Part shown: piece by piece, positions 25,801 through 28,800 of the stretch | Numbering within the stretch: the first letter of the stretch is position 1 | Layout of the letters: each line of letters begins with the position of its first letter | Source of the DNA: Thermoplasmata archaeon | Lineage (GTDB): Archaea > Thermoplasmatota > JASEFT01 > JBBABA01 | Assembly (NCBI GenBank): GCA_041657955.1 | Contig: JBBABA010000007.1 | Coordinates: forward strand, 27,117-91,116 | DNA: 64,000 nt | Reading direction: 5' to 3' | Program-made: the position numbers and the translations under genes | Notes under the pieces: generated by a model | The model's database searches: none | The model's input: only the letters and a program-made list of their open reading frames with translations | What the model was told of the DNA's origin: nothing

Positions 25801-28800
25801 GGACATTTTCAGCGAACTTTATAACGGATAGAATTTTTGAGGCTTGGACAAGAACAGAAGATACAACAAGTCCTAAACAATTTCAGTTAGAAGTGGTTGG
25901 TGGAATTTATAATAATCGCATGTTAGTTGGATTTCATACTAATGGAAAATTTCAATGGTATAACGGAGCGTCATGGGTAGATACAGGGGTGGCATATTCG
26001 ATAAACACATGGTATTTTTATAGAATTGTAACCCACCTTGGTTCACCTTCGACGTATGATTGGTATGTATATGATACAGATATGTCATTAGTATTGAGTA
26101 GTACGAACTTAGGGGTACAAGGAACTGTGGCGAGTATTGGGGCATTTGCCTTTAGTGATGCGGGAGGAATTACTTATTATGATAACCTTCGTGTCCGCAA
26201 ATACGCCTCCATAGAACCAACAGTGAGTTTCACCGCACCTACTGCATATTCCCCAATTACAATCCAAACCCGCACATCTGCAGACAACATTGCATGGACA
26301 GATTGGACAAACGCCACAAACAATGAAAAAGTAGCGAGCGTACCTGGGAGATATATCCAATGGAGAAGCAATTTGTCTAGTGATATGGATATTTCAAAGA
26401 CTCCGATATTGGATTATGTTGAAATCAAGACAAAATTCGCCCAGGACACTGCACCATTAACAATTTCAAATATCGCAAACAGTACGACAGCGGCAACCGC
26501 TACAATAACATGGGGTACGAATAAGTTCTCCAACAGTGTAGTGGAATATGGTCTAACAGAGAGTTATGGGAGCACAACTACAGTAAGCGATTTGGCATTG
26601 AGTCATTGTGTAGTAGTAAACGGTTTGATACATAACATGACATATCATTACAAAGTGACATCATACGATGCATTTGGCACCTATAACACTTCAACCGATT
26701 ATACATTTACAACAACTGATAATCTTGTTTGGATACAAACAACGAAGAACGATTTTGACACGGGAACGTTATATGGTGCAGACGCCAACACAAATCCAGG
26801 AGATGTTTTAATATTAAACGTGCCCCCACTAACGTTTGATGTATCGAATGAATCGCAGTTTATCCAACAAGATGCGGCAAGCGGGACGGACTTTGTTGGT
26901 GGGACTGTGAAGTTGCACTATGTAGATGGAGGGCTTGGTGGGAATATAGCAAGTCAGGCTACTGTAACATTTGATAGGGGCGTAGGTACTCCTTCCGGAA
27001 TAGTTGACGGAAATAAAGTAACTTATTGCTGGGACGATACTGGTGGGATAGATGAAGGAGTTATATTGACTTTTTCATCAGCTAAGTTAGTGGGTAGAGT
27101 TGTCGTTTACAGTCATGACACATATTCATTTCGTGGTGCAAAACTGTTAGTTGATGGTGTAGAAAAATCATCTACGACAGCGACTATAACAAGCAGCTCA
27201 CCTTGGGTAATCAATCTTTCTCCTTACATATATGGTACTACTTTTAAAGTAGTGCGTACAAATGCAGCTTATGACTCAACCTTATCAGAAATTGAGATTT
27301 ATGAGGGTTCTATCATCTACCCAACTTCCCAATCGTATTATGTCACGACATCAAACATAAACCAAATCAACACGTCGAATTGGGTTTCGATTTCAGGTGT
27401 TAGTGTTTTACAGACAACGCCGACTAATACTTTGGTCAAATATCTCGTCTCTTTTGACGGAAGAACCACCTGGAACTATTGGAACGGTGCTTCTTGGCTA
27501 ACTTCGACTTTGGCCAATATCGATACAAACGGGATGAGCAAGAGTACGGTTGAGGGAATAAACGCCACTCAGTGGACATCTTCAGGAGGATTTCAGGCGG
27601 GCACAACAACTACGCTTGATTTTGCTGCCGCATTGAAGACTACGGATTCTGCTCAAACGCCATCAATAAGCCAAATTGTGATTTTTAGGCCTGGTATTTT
27701 AACATCGCCTATATTCGATGCAGGCGAGCCCGCATATTGGACAAATGTCTCTTGGACAGAAACTCTTCCGAGCGGTTCAGATATAACAATCCAAACAAGG
27801 GTGTCAAACGATAGCGCATGGGGCAATTGGTCGTCGCCGGTATCTACCGCCTCTGGTTCCGGATTGCTGAACGGTTCGTCCCCTGCAGTCGGAAGATATA
27901 TTCAATATAGGGTTAATTTAACTGCAACATCTTCCACACCCACCCTAAGCGACATTACGATTAAAGGCGCATTTGAACCTATCTGGACTCAGACTGGTAA
28001 AGAGGACTTCTCCTCAGGAACATTGAACAAAACGGATGTGAACACAAGTGCGGGCGACATAATGCTGTCAACCACGGAAAAACCGGCTTGGTTTGATTCT
28101 TCATGGAACTATAGAAAGTCAATAAACATCACATCAAGCTCCGCGCTTACGAATTACCAGGTGATGCTCTCAAATCCAGTTTACAACGAGGGTAATTTGG
28201 TCGGATGCTGGCATTTCGACGAGGGAAGCGGACAGGCAGCATATGACAATTCGTCGAATTGCAATGTTGGAACATTGGGCTCCGCTGTAGGTGCAGATGC
28301 GAACGATCCGACATGGGCCGATGGGAAGAGTGGAAAGGCGTTGCAGTTTAACGGGGATGATTATGTTAAGTTAGGTTATAGCCCGGATTGGAACTTTGGC
28401 ACAGGTAACTTTGCGATAGTCTTTTGGATAAAAACAACACAGACAGGACAGTATCCGGTGCTGATAAGCAGAGTCAGTGACGAATGGGGAATCTATCTTA
28501 GAAACGGGAATATTCATTTCTATACCCCTACGAAAGGAAACGTTGCTTTCACAAGCGGGACTGTAAATAACGGAGAGTGGAAGCATGTAGCGATCGTAAG
28601 GAGCGGCACGACATTAACTATGTATGTTGACTGCGCCTCGCAATATTCTGACGGCACATGGAACGATGACCTGACTGCAACTACGGAATTGTGGGTTGGT
28701 TATGACGGCTCGAATTCGTATTTCAACGGCATGCTAGACGAGGTTCGCATCTATAAACGTGCGCTGTCCATAGATGAAATCCAACAGCAATTTAACATCT

